Virus record (IMG/VR): IMGVR_UViG_3300049793_000053
Coordinates: 1-58,921 of that record
DNA from: a virus
Lineage: Duplodnaviria > Caudoviricetes
Strand: one strand, 5' to 3'
DNA: 58,921 bases
Part shown: piece by piece, positions 17,537 to 26,201 of the stretch
Position numbering within the stretch: position 1 is the first letter of the stretch
Layout: every line of letters starts with the position of its first letter
The notes under the pieces: model-generated
Databases searched by the model: none
What the model was told of the DNA's origin: nothing
The model's input: only the letters and a program-made list of their open reading frames with translations
Made by a program: the position numbers and the translations under genes

Positions 17537-20500
17537 ATGGCGCTAGTTATTGACGTCGAAGTCAACCCGAACAAGGCGACCCCGGGCATCACTCGGATCG
17601 CGACGGGGATCCGCGGACTGACCGACGACGCCAAGGCGGCCGGAGCCGCGATGGGTGCGGCGTTCGACGACCGCGGTCGCGCCAAGGACTCGGCCGGCCG
17701 CTTCACGACGACGGCGACGGCGGCCGACAAGGCGACGACCGCAGTGCGTGGGCTCGACGAGGTGCTCGCCGAGCTCGCTGGATCGTCGGCCGTCGACGCG
17801 GCTACCAAGCGGTTCAACGACTCGCTCACGCGACAGGCTGCGATCCTCGAACAAGTGCGCGGGCCGGCGCAGCGCTACCGCGACGACATGGCGGCGGTCA
17901 CCGCGCTGTTCTACAAGGGCAAGATCAACGCGGACGAGTACACGCAGCAGCTTTCGCGGCTCAACACGCAATTGCAGTCGTCGACGAAGTCGAACGCGAC
18001 GTCGAACCTGCAAACGCCGACGGCCGCGGTCGCGGCACCGACGGGACTGTCGGCAATGCTTGCGTCGCTCACCGACGCCAAGACGCAAGCGACGACGTTC
18101 CAGGGGGCGATCAAGGGGCTGCTCGTCGACTCGACGGGCGAGGCCGGCAAGATCTTTTCCGCGTTCGCCGAGGGTGGCGAGGCCGCGGCCGGCGCTGTCG
18201 CCGCGTTGGCGCACGCATTCATCTCGCTCGCCGACGAGTACGCGAACCTCGAGAACCAGGCGCGCAAATTCGTCGTGTCCGGGCACGACGTCAACGACGT
18301 GATCAACGATCAGCTCGAGCTGTCACGCACGCTCGACTCGTCGCTCGCCGACACGATGGAGACGTACGACGCGATCCGCGACGGCACCGACGATCTAAAT
18401 CTGTCGTACGAGAAACAGATCGAGTTGACAAAGGACATCGGCGAGGCGATCCGGCTGTCGGGTGCTGGACTCAAGGAGGGCAGTGGGTTGATGACCACGC
18501 TGTCGTACGCGTTCGCGAGCGGTGCGATCGGCGGCCGCGAGCTCAAGGGGATCATGAAATCGATGCCCGACATCGCGCAGCTACTCACCGAGCAGCTCGG
18601 CAAGAACCGCAAGGAGCTTGTCGCGATGGCCAACGAGGGCAAGATCACCGGCGACATGCTCAAGAACGCGTTTCTTTCTGCCGGCGGAACGCTCGATGAA
18701 AAGATGGAATCGCACATCGTCACCGTCGGTTCGGCGTGGTCACACCTCAAGGAGCAAGTTTCCGTTTCGCTCGGCAAGCTCGCCGAGAGTACGGGAATCA
18801 CAGAGGCGTTGTCGACGGTGATCCAGGGACTGACCGGCGCGGTTCAGGCGCTCGTGTCTGCATTTGAAACGCTCGACGAGTGGACGGCCAAGCTCGGACG
18901 CAATGCGGTTCTGACCGCGCTGTCGTACCTGTCCGGCAAGAAAGGAATGGACGAGCAGCAGGCGGCGATCAAGGCCAACATCAAGGAATTCACCGAGTAC
19001 AGCGCGAAAATGGAGGAAGCGCGCACGTACGATCAGCGCTTCGCAGCCGGCGTCAAGGCGTCCAACGATCTGCTCGCGATGGCCAACACGCTGCTCGCGC
19101 TGCACAACGATCTGACGAATCAGAAGGCGAACGACTCAGCCGCCTATCAGAAGTCGATCTACGAGGAGAAACTCAAGATCAAGGCGCTCGACGAGACGTA
19201 TCGCGACCTCATGAAAACCCAACAGGGGTTCGAGGCCGGACACTTCAAGACGCGCGTTCCGGGGGCGTCGTTCGACACGCGACGTGACAAGGACCCCGAT
19301 CAGATCCTCGCCGAGATCAACGAGCACAAGCGACAGCTCGCGCTGCTCGAGACGCCACAGCTCGCCGGCGCGATGGCCATGGATCAGACCGTCGCGAAAG
19401 CGAAGGAGCAACTCGCTGTGCTCGCCGACGGGCGCGCGCGCGACATCATTTCCAAAAAGGCGTACGCCGCGGAAACCAAAAAGCTCAACGACGAGATCCG
19501 CAGCGCGTACGGCGACGCCGGAACCGACTACGTCAAGCAGCAGCTCGACGCGATCAAGGGACCGTTGCGCGACTTCGAGGGCGGCGTCGCAGCGGTCAAC
19601 TACTTGCTCAAGGTCCATGCGATCAACGCTGAGCAAGCCGCGGCGCAGATCAGCAAGCTCTATACGGCGTACGCCGGACCCGAGCTCGCCGCGATCGGAA
19701 CCAAGATCGGCGAGGCGATCGGCGGCGGGCCGCAGGGCGTCGCGATGGGCATCGTGTCCGTGTTCGAGGCCGGCGGCCGCGAGCTCCGCAAGATTTTCGC
19801 AGCGGGCAAGGCCGAGCTCGAAGCCGCGAAAAAGGCCGACGAATTCAATCCGTTCGCGTCGACGAAAGACACGAAGCAAGGCGAAGGAACGTGGAAGGAC
19901 ACCCACGGTACTGCACTGCTCGACGTGCTCACGAAGGTCAACGCACCGCTCGTCGAGTACGAAAAGCAGCTCACGCTGGTTTCGATGCTCGAGAACAACC
20001 ACGCGCTGTCAGCCGAGCAAGCCGCGACGCAGGTCGAAGCGTTGACGAAGGCGTACGAGGAAGCGAGCGGCAAGATCGTCGCGACGTCGACGTGGTCTGA
20101 ATTCGCCGATGGCGCCGTGGCCGCGAGCAAGCAGATCTCGAAGTCGTTGATCCACACCGCCGACGCCGTGAAAGACGCATTCACCGGATCGCTTGACGAT
20201 GTCAACAAGCAGCTAAAGGATCTGATCCTCACGGGAAAAGCGGATTGGGGAAAGTTTCTCGACTCACTCGCGAACCGCTGGACGGATCTCGCGCTCAAGC
20301 AAGTCGAGGGATCGATCCTCAAAATGGCGGGGCACGGCGTGGGCTCGGACGGAGCCGACGTTGTCGCGAGCGCGAAGTCGAGCGCGGCGCAGTCGGCGAT
20401 CGCAGCCGCGGCCGATCACGGAACGGCGTCGATCGCCGCGCTCGGCGGATCGGCCGACCTCGCGGTCTACTCGCTCGAAGCGTTCACGGCCGCCGTCAAC

Positions 20501-20908
20501 GCCGCTTCGGCCGCGGCCGCGGCACAGGCTACCGCCGACGCGGCTGCGGCTGCGGCTGCGGCGTCGAGCGGCGCGGCCGACCTCGTCGGTGGCGTCGGCG
20601 CGATCGCCAGCACGGCACGCTACGGCGGGGCGCCCCCGGCCGGCGGCGCCCCGACGATGGCGGCCGGTGCGTGGCGGCCGTCGCGGATGGACGTCGGCGG
20701 ATCCGGCGACGGCGCTCGCTACGGCACGCCCCCGGCCGGCGGCGCGCCGAGCTCGGACACGATGATCCCGGGGATCAAGATCGTCAACCAAGTGCTCGAC
20801 GGACGGAAGGTCGCGATCGACGCAGTCAAGTCGCGCGAGGGCGACCGCGTGATCATGAACAAGATCGATCGGCTCGACCGTCGTCGTCGGCCGCGCGGCG
20901 CTGTCTAG
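17537..20908 (+). CDS. Tape measure protein
   Basis: 1123 aa, Ala-rich and helical; tape-measure domain (SGAG...LSYAFASGAIGGRELKGIM). Confidence 0.92.
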   Translation: MALVIDVEVNPNKATPGITRIATGIRGLTDDAKAAGAAMGAAFDDRGRAKDSAGRFTTTATAADKATTAVRGLDEVLAELAGSSAVDAATKRFNDSLTRQAAILEQVRGPAQRYRDDMAAVTALFYKGKINADEYTQQLSRLNTQLQSSTKSNATSNLQTPTAAVAAPTGLSAMLASLTDAKTQATTFQGAIKGLLVDSTGEAGKIFSAFAEGGEAAAGAVAALAHAFISLADEYANLENQARKFVVSGHDVNDVINDQLELSRTLDSSLADTMETYDAIRDGTDDLNLSYEKQIELTKDIGEAIRLSGAGLKEGSGLMTTLSYAFASGAIGGRELKGIMKSMPDIAQLLTEQLGKNRKELVAMANEGKITGDMLKNAFLSAGGTLDEKMESHIVTVGSAWSHLKEQVSVSLGKLAESTGITEALSTVIQGLTGAVQALVSAFETLDEWTAKLGRNAVLTALSYLSGKKGMDEQQAAIKANIKEFTEYSAKMEEARTYDQRFAAGVKASNDLLAMANTLLALHNDLTNQKANDSAAYQKSIYEEKLKIKALDETYRDLMKTQQGFEAGHFKTRVPGASFDTRRDKDPDQILAEINEHKRQLALLETPQLAGAMAMDQTVAKAKEQLAVLADGRARDIISKKAYAAETKKLNDEIRSAYGDAGTDYVKQQLDAIKGPLRDFEGGVAAVNYLLKVHAINAEQAAAQISKLYTAYAGPELAAIGTKIGEAIGGGPQGVAMGIVSVFEAGGRELRKIFAAGKAELEAAKKADEFNPFASTKDTKQGEGTWKDTHGTALLDVLTKVNAPLVEYEKQLTLVSMLENNHALSAEQAATQVEALTKAYEEASGKIVATSTWSEFADGAVAASKQISKSLIHTADAVKDAFTGSLDDVNKQLKDLILTGKADWGKFLDSLANRWTDLALKQVEGSILKMAGHGVGSDGADVVASAKSSAAQSAIAAAADHGTASIAALGGSADLAVYSLEAFTAAVNAASAAAAAQATADAAAAAAAASSGAADLVGGVGAIASTARYGGAPPAGGAPTMAAGAWRPSRMDVGGSGDGARYGTPPAGGAPSSDTMIPGIKIVNQVLDGRKVAIDAVKSREGDRVIMNKIDRLDRRRRPRGAV

Positions 20909-20949
20909 CTACTTGCCGCCGACGTCGCCGGCGTGGCACCCTCGGGGCT

Positions 20950-21399
20950 ATGGGCAATTACGGTGTCAAGATGCAACGCACCGCGGGCACCGCGGTGTCT
21001 GTCGGCAACATCACGGCGCCGGCGAGCTCGATGCGGCGCGTGCGGCTCTACGAGGCAAATTTCGGATCCGAGGACGCACCGGCCGACAACGCGTTTCTCT
21101 GGCAACTGCAACGCTGCACGACCGTCGGCACGCGCACGAGCTTTACCCCGGTGATCCTCGATCCGGCCGACGCCGCGTGCGCGTTCACCGCCGGCGAAAA
21201 TCACACCGTCGAGCCGACCTACACCGCGGGTGCGATCCTCCTTCATTGGCCGATGAATCAGCGCGCGTCGTTGCGCTGGATCGCGGTCGACCGCGACTCG
21301 GAGCTCGTGATCCCGGCCGTCGCGAACAACGGGATCGGCTACCTCACGCCGACGGCGCCGGCGCTCAAGGCCACGGTTTACACGTTCGCGAGGGAGTAG
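20950..21399 (+). CDS. Probable minor virion protein
   Basis: MGNYGVKMQRT...; beta-rich, Thr/Ala-rich; follows the tape measure gene. Confidence 0.6.
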   Translation: MGNYGVKMQRTAGTAVSVGNITAPASSMRRVRLYEANFGSEDAPADNAFLWQLQRCTTVGTRTSFTPVILDPADAACAFTAGENHTVEPTYTAGAILLHWPMNQRASLRWIAVDRDSELVIPAVANNGIGYLTPTAPALKATVYTFARE

Positions 21400-21401
21400 C
21401 G

Positions 21402-21710
21402 ATGTCGTCGAGCGGACGACGGACCGGCGGCGTGGTGCAGACGTTCGCGCCGGGTGCCGCGCGCGCGATCGAGCAAGGCACGCACACGTGCGCCCATTGT
21501 CAGCACGTCGTGGCGGTGCACGACGCGAACGGGATGCGGCTGTCGGCCGAGCAGCAGCCGCCGTTTTGTTTGCAGTGCTACCGCGTGATCTGCAACGCGT
21601 GCGGCGAGCTCGGCAAGTGCACGCCGTTCGAGGCGAAGATCGAGGCGTACGAGAAAGAGGCCGCGGACGCTGCGCGGTTCGGACGGCAACTCGAGGCGGT
21701 GCTCCGATGA
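21402..21710 (+). CDS. Cys-rich Zn-binding hypothetical protein
   Basis: CAHC...CLQC...CNAC...C; GGAG SD. Confidence 0.65.
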   Translation: MSSSGRRTGGVVQTFAPGAARAIEQGTHTCAHCQHVVAVHDANGMRLSAEQQPPFCLQCYRVICNACGELGKCTPFEAKIEAYEKEAADAARFGRQLEAVLR

Positions 21711-22102
21711 AAGCGGACATGATCGCGACGCAGTGCGATGGGTGCGGCCACCTCGAAGTGGTGCCGCGCGCGACGCACGATGCGCGCGATCGCGTCCCCG
21801 ACGAGCAGGCGCACGGCCACCACGTGATGCCCGGCGACCAGGACAACGACTGGATCTGCTATGGGCAGCCGATCGAGGTCGACCACCCCGAAGCGATCGC
21901 CGCGCACGCCGAGCGCAGCATCTACGGCGTCGCGGAGCTTCAGATCTCCGATGCCGATCGCGTCGCGATGCGTGAGCTGTCGTACGACGAGCGCAAGCTC
22001 GCGCTCGCGAGCGGAGACTTCGTTCGCGAGGCCGCGGAGATCGAGGCCAAGATCGCGAGTGCTTCGATCGCAGCGGACATCAACAAGGTTGTGACGCCAT
22101 GA
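21707..22102 (+). CDS. Hypothetical protein (CxxC, His-rich)
   Basis: QCDGCGH, HGHH; ATGA coupling. Confidence 0.6.
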   Translation: MKADMIATQCDGCGHLEVVPRATHDARDRVPDEQAHGHHVMPGDQDNDWICYGQPIEVDHPEAIAAHAERSIYGVAELQISDADRVAMRELSYDERKLALASGDFVREAAEIEAKIASASIAADINKVVTP

Positions 22103-22935
22103 GCGCGATCGCGGATCTTCACGAGCTCGTTAACCGCTTGAGCGGCGGCAACAGTGGCAATCCCGAATTGCTCATGATGCACAAGGAGTCGCGCGTCGCC
22201 GGTGCGGCCGCAGCGGCTCCGATCGTCGGGTTCGCGACATCGTTGTGGGAGTACGAGGGCACGCCGTCGCACGGGGCGGTCCCTCCGACGACGGTCGCCT
22301 ATCCCGACAACACGACGCAAGGATCGTGGAAGCAAACCAATCCGTCGGGCGGCCGCCAAAAGTGGGCCTCGTCGATCGGAGGCACTGTCACGTCACCCGG
22401 AACGCTCGTCGTGTTCGACCGACTCGCGCACATCAGCGGTTTGTCCGGCACGACGATCACTGCGCAAAACGTCCTCGCGACCGCGATCACGCGCAACACG
22501 AACGGCGTCGGTAACTTCATTTTCGGAGAGATCTATACGCAGGTTGGCGGCACGGCCACGACGATCACCGCGAACTACACGAACCAGGCCGGTGTCGCGG
22601 GTCAGACCTCACAGGCTGTGGTCTTCGGAAACACTGGTCGTCGCGAGGCCCAAAGGTTTTTTGAGATCAGCCTCGCCGCGGGCGACACCGGCGTGCAGGC
22701 GGTCAACACGGTGACCGTTCTCGCCTCCACGCTGGTCGCCGGCAACTTCGGCATCGGCATTGGCCATAAGGTTGCTTCGCTCATGGTTGGAACGAACAGC
22801 ATGGCGGATATTCGATCGTTCCTCGATGGTCCGCTTACTGAGATCCTGACAGGAGCGTGCCTGTCCTGGTACTGGCTCCCGGCCGTCGCTACTGCCATGG
22901 TCTGTGACATGTGGTCGACCACGTTGGAGCGATAA
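22099..22935 (+). CDS. Virion structural protein, paralog A
   Basis: Thr/Gly-rich; shares long motifs with the next gene. Confidence 0.7.
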   Translation: MSAIADLHELVNRLSGGNSGNPELLMMHKESRVAGAAAAAPIVGFATSLWEYEGTPSHGAVPPTTVAYPDNTTQGSWKQTNPSGGRQKWASSIGGTVTSPGTLVVFDRLAHISGLSGTTITAQNVLATAITRNTNGVGNFIFGEIYTQVGGTATTITANYTNQAGVAGQTSQAVVFGNTGRREAQRFFEISLAAGDTGVQAVNTVTVLASTLVAGNFGIGIGHKVASLMVGTNSMADIRSFLDGPLTEILTGACLSWYWLPAVATAMVCDMWSTTLER

Positions 22936-22936
22936 C

Positions 22937-23776
22937 GTGGCGCTTGCCGACTACACCGCGCTGAAGGCCAAGATGGATGCGCCGTCTCAGCACTACGATC
23001 ACCTCCGGGCGTTGACGATCCCGAACAATACGCCGACGCGTTGCAGCTTCGTGTCCAGTTGGAAAGCCAACGGTGCGCCGCTGGCTGGCGCGACCCCAAC
23101 TGCTGCGGCCGTGTGTGATCGCACCACGGCCGGCGCAGTACCAATCGTCAACGCGAGTGCTGGCGAGCTCCGTATGTGGATTCGTCGTTGCATCGCCGGA
23201 CGCGCCTCCGGTTCCACCCCGGCCACCGGCAGTTTCATGTTCGCCGATCGACTCATCCATCAGGGCGGGCTCGACGGCACTGTCACGACGGCGCAGACTG
23301 TGTCCACGCCAGCGCTCACACGCGCGACGAGCGGTGCAGGTGTGATCGCAGCGCTGGAATGCTACACCGCCGTCGGCTCGACGGTCGCAAGCGCAACGGT
23401 CTCGTACACGAACCAGGCGGGTGTCGCGGGACAGGTATCGCAGCCGATCGACTTCATCTCGACCCTCAGTAACCAGGGAGGCCGCATCCTGCCGATCTCC
23501 CTCGCCGCGGGGGACACCGGAGTGCAGGCGGTCAGTACCGTGACACTCTCCGCATCGACGTTGGTTGCCGGTAACTTCGGCGTGACTCTCTATCGCCCGA
23601 TCACTGGCTGGATTCCGATCGACATCAACTATGCATCGGCAGGCCATCCGCTCCTCGACACGGGGGGGTACGCCGGGCTCGTTCCGACGGATGCGTGCAT
23701 CTGGATGCTCATCAACTCCAACGGCGGGCCGATCACCTCGTACGCGTCGATCGACATGAACTTTTTTGAAGATTGA
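22937..23776 (+). CDS. Virion structural protein, paralog B
   Basis: YTNQAGVAGQ and ISLAAGDTGVQAV..VT..ASTLVAGNFG shared with paralog A. Confidence 0.7.
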   Translation: MALADYTALKAKMDAPSQHYDHLRALTIPNNTPTRCSFVSSWKANGAPLAGATPTAAAVCDRTTAGAVPIVNASAGELRMWIRRCIAGRASGSTPATGSFMFADRLIHQGGLDGTVTTAQTVSTPALTRATSGAGVIAALECYTAVGSTVASATVSYTNQAGVAGQVSQPIDFISTLSNQGGRILPISLAAGDTGVQAVSTVTLSASTLVAGNFGVTLYRPITGWIPIDINYASAGHPLLDTGGYAGLVPTDACIWMLINSNGGPITSYASIDMNFFED

Positions 23777-23782
23777 TCCGCG

Positions 23783-25315
23783 ATGGCGAATCGACACCTA
23801 ACGATCGGACACCGCCTACTGTTCGACGGTGCGGCGCAGTTGTTCGACTCGATCCCGGTCGAAGTAACCGGAGCGCCGACAGACGTCGCGATGTTCGGAT
23901 CGATGCCGATCGCGCGCGCACGTGTCGACGGCAAGCAGCGCGTCGCACCCTACTTGTTCCGGCCGCTGTTGCCACCCGTCGTCGTGCCGGCGCCACTCGC
24001 GACGCCGTTCCTCGGGTGGCAGCCGAGCCGCGGCGCGAAGATCGATGCGAAGGGGCGTCGAGCTCCGTACTACTTCGCACCGCACAAGCCGCCGACGTTC
24101 TTGCCGCCGTATGGGCCCGCGCTGTCGTCGGTGCTCGTGCTCGATGTCGAGGCCGGCGGGGCGGTCACGTTCGCGTGGGCGACGAACGTGATCGAGAACA
24201 ACGGCGGGCAGGAGTACCGCCGGTGCGTGCGAGCTCGAGCTCGATCGACGTGGTCGTTTCCGATCATCCTGAACGATCAGCGATCGCGCGACGTGCGGTC
24301 GCGGCTGATCCGCGGCGTCGCACTCGGCCGCGTGTTCGGGCTCGCGCTGCCCTACGAAGCGATCTACGCGAGCGACGACGCGAGCGGATCGACGTTCAAC
24401 GCGCCGACGGCGTTCGCCGATTGGGCGATCGCTCGGCAGCCTGTCGCCGTCGTCGGCTTCGACGGATCGATCATCCCGGCGACGATCCAATCAGTGACCG
24501 GAACGACGGTCGTGATCGACCAGTCGATCGCCGGCGTGTGTGCTCGCGCCGGCGCGCGCATGATGCCGATCGTCCCCGTGTTCCTCGAAGCTGCGCAGCC
24601 GTTCGGGCGCTACGCTGTCAACGCCGAGCAGTGGACGATCGAGGCGATCCCCGCGTCGACGCCGGGCTTTGTCAACTCGATCGCCGTCGTCGGCGCGTCG
24701 GTCACGTACGCGCCGGGCGGCGATCCGTTGTTCGATCGCGGGCTCAACGTCACCGACGGCACGAACGCAACGGGGTGGGTCGGCAAGACGGATCTCGTCG
24801 ATCTCGGATCGCTGCTCGAGATCAAGAGCAATCAGAGCGTCGCGGACGGCACGCGGCAGATCAAGTATCGGTCGGCGAGTCGTGCCGAGTGGCAGTGGCT
24901 CAAGCTGTTTCTCGCGACGGTACGCGGTCGCAACAAGCGTTTCGTGTTGCCCACGGGGCGGCCGGATCTCGTCGGGCTCGCGATCGGCGGCGGCGGTACG
25001 ACGCTCGACGTCGAGGCACCGCCGGCGGCGTACGCGGCCGACTACCTCAACGAGTGGTATCCGTCGATCGCGCATCGGCTGTTGCAGCTCGTGTGGAAGG
25101 ACGGCACCTACGATCTGATCTTCGCCGACGGCGTCACAGACCTCGGCACGGGCGTGCAGCGGATCGCGCTCGACACGACGGCATCGCAGGCGTTCGCGAA
25201 CCTCGCGCGGATCTCGTTCGCCGAGACGGTGCGGCTTGACACCGACGAACCGCCGATCACGTGGAACGCGACGACGTTCGCGATCGACGTGACGGCAAAG
25301 GTCGTGCAACAGTGA
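23783..25315 (+). CDS. Minor tail / distal tail protein
   Basis: WATNVIE..GGQEYRR..R; 'FLATVRGRNKRFVLPT'; lies before the hub gene. Confidence 0.65.
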   Translation: MANRHLTIGHRLLFDGAAQLFDSIPVEVTGAPTDVAMFGSMPIARARVDGKQRVAPYLFRPLLPPVVVPAPLATPFLGWQPSRGAKIDAKGRRAPYYFAPHKPPTFLPPYGPALSSVLVLDVEAGGAVTFAWATNVIENNGGQEYRRCVRARARSTWSFPIILNDQRSRDVRSRLIRGVALGRVFGLALPYEAIYASDDASGSTFNAPTAFADWAIARQPVAVVGFDGSIIPATIQSVTGTTVVIDQSIAGVCARAGARMMPIVPVFLEAAQPFGRYAVNAEQWTIEAIPASTPGFVNSIAVVGASVTYAPGGDPLFDRGLNVTDGTNATGWVGKTDLVDLGSLLEIKSNQSVADGTRQIKYRSASRAEWQWLKLFLATVRGRNKRFVLPTGRPDLVGLAIGGGGTTLDVEAPPAAYAADYLNEWYPSIAHRLLQLVWKDGTYDLIFADGVTDLGTGVQRIALDTTASQAFANLARISFAETVRLDTDEPPITWNATTFAIDVTAKVVQQ

Positions 25316-25322
25316 GCGCGCC

Positions 25323-26198
25323 GTGACTTTCGACGCCGACGACAGAAGCATTCAGGACTCGGAGATCACCGAGCTGTTTGCGTTCACCTATCCGGGTGGC
25401 GTGATCCGCTACGCGAGCGGCGACATCGACATCGCCGTCGACGCAGACGGCGACACGATCGTCGAGACGTACGTCGCGAACCCGAGCTCGACGGGCCGCA
25501 TCGCGATCGCGCAAATCACCGACAGCGGCGAGCTCGACATCGAGCTCGCGTCCGACGACCCCGTCGCGGTGCTCTACTCGGCGGGGCCGCTCGCCGGCTA
25601 CGGGCCGCCGCTGCGCGCACTCGAGGCGCGCGTGTGGCACTACCAGAAAGTCAGCGGTACGACGCAGCAGCAGTGGCGCGGCTTCGTCGGCGGCCAGTCG
25701 TACAACGAGGGCGTGTGCACGCTGCGCGTGACGTCGGGCACCGACGACGCATTCGCGACCGAGATCCCGTCGGTCGTGTTGCAGCGATCGTGCAACGTGT
25801 TTCTCGGGTCGTCGCGCTGCACCGTCAACCTCACATCGTTTTCGACGCTCACGAGCGTCGCGATCGGCGGCATCGATCCGACCGGGCGCTATATCACCGT
25901 AGCGGCCGGCGGCATCGCGGGACCGTCGCCGTACTACGTACAGGGCACGATCAAGAACATGCTCGACGGCGAGATCCGCGGCGTGTCTCAGCAGAGCGGA
26001 TCCGTGCTGCGGATCAACCTGCCGTTTCGCAACCTGCCCGCACTCGGTGCGATCACGATCGTCGCCGGCTGTAACAAGCTCGTCAACACGTGCCGCGATC
26101 TGTTCGGCAACGTCGCCAACTTCCGCGGGCACCCTCACGCGCAGCTCGCAAATCCTTTCATCGTCGGCGTGCGCAACGTCGGCCGTCGGAGCTCGTAG
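25323..26198 (+). CDS. Baseplate hub protein (DUF2163/BR0599, lambda gpL-like with 4 Cys)
   Basis: RSCNVFLGSSRC...AGCNKLVNTC..FGNVANFRGHP. Confidence 0.85.
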   Translation: MTFDADDRSIQDSEITELFAFTYPGGVIRYASGDIDIAVDADGDTIVETYVANPSSTGRIAIAQITDSGELDIELASDDPVAVLYSAGPLAGYGPPLRALEARVWHYQKVSGTTQQQWRGFVGGQSYNEGVCTLRVTSGTDDAFATEIPSVVLQRSCNVFLGSSRCTVNLTSFSTLTSVAIGGIDPTGRYITVAAGGIAGPSPYYVQGTIKNMLDGEIRGVSQQSGSVLRINLPFRNLPALGAITIVAGCNKLVNTCRDLFGNVANFRGHPHAQLANPFIVGVRNVGRRSS

Positions 26199-26201
26199 CA
26201 C

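Noticed and set aside
20618-20750. Repeat ARYGGAPPAGGAP / ARYGTPPAGGAP in the tape measure C-terminus
   Set aside because: A real but short in-frame duplication in a low-complexity region, with no sign of separate function.
22099-23776. Diversity-generating retroelement TR/VR pair
   Set aside because: No reverse transcriptase in the window; the differences between copies are mostly synonymous-position changes rather than adenine-specific, so this is ordinary paralogy.
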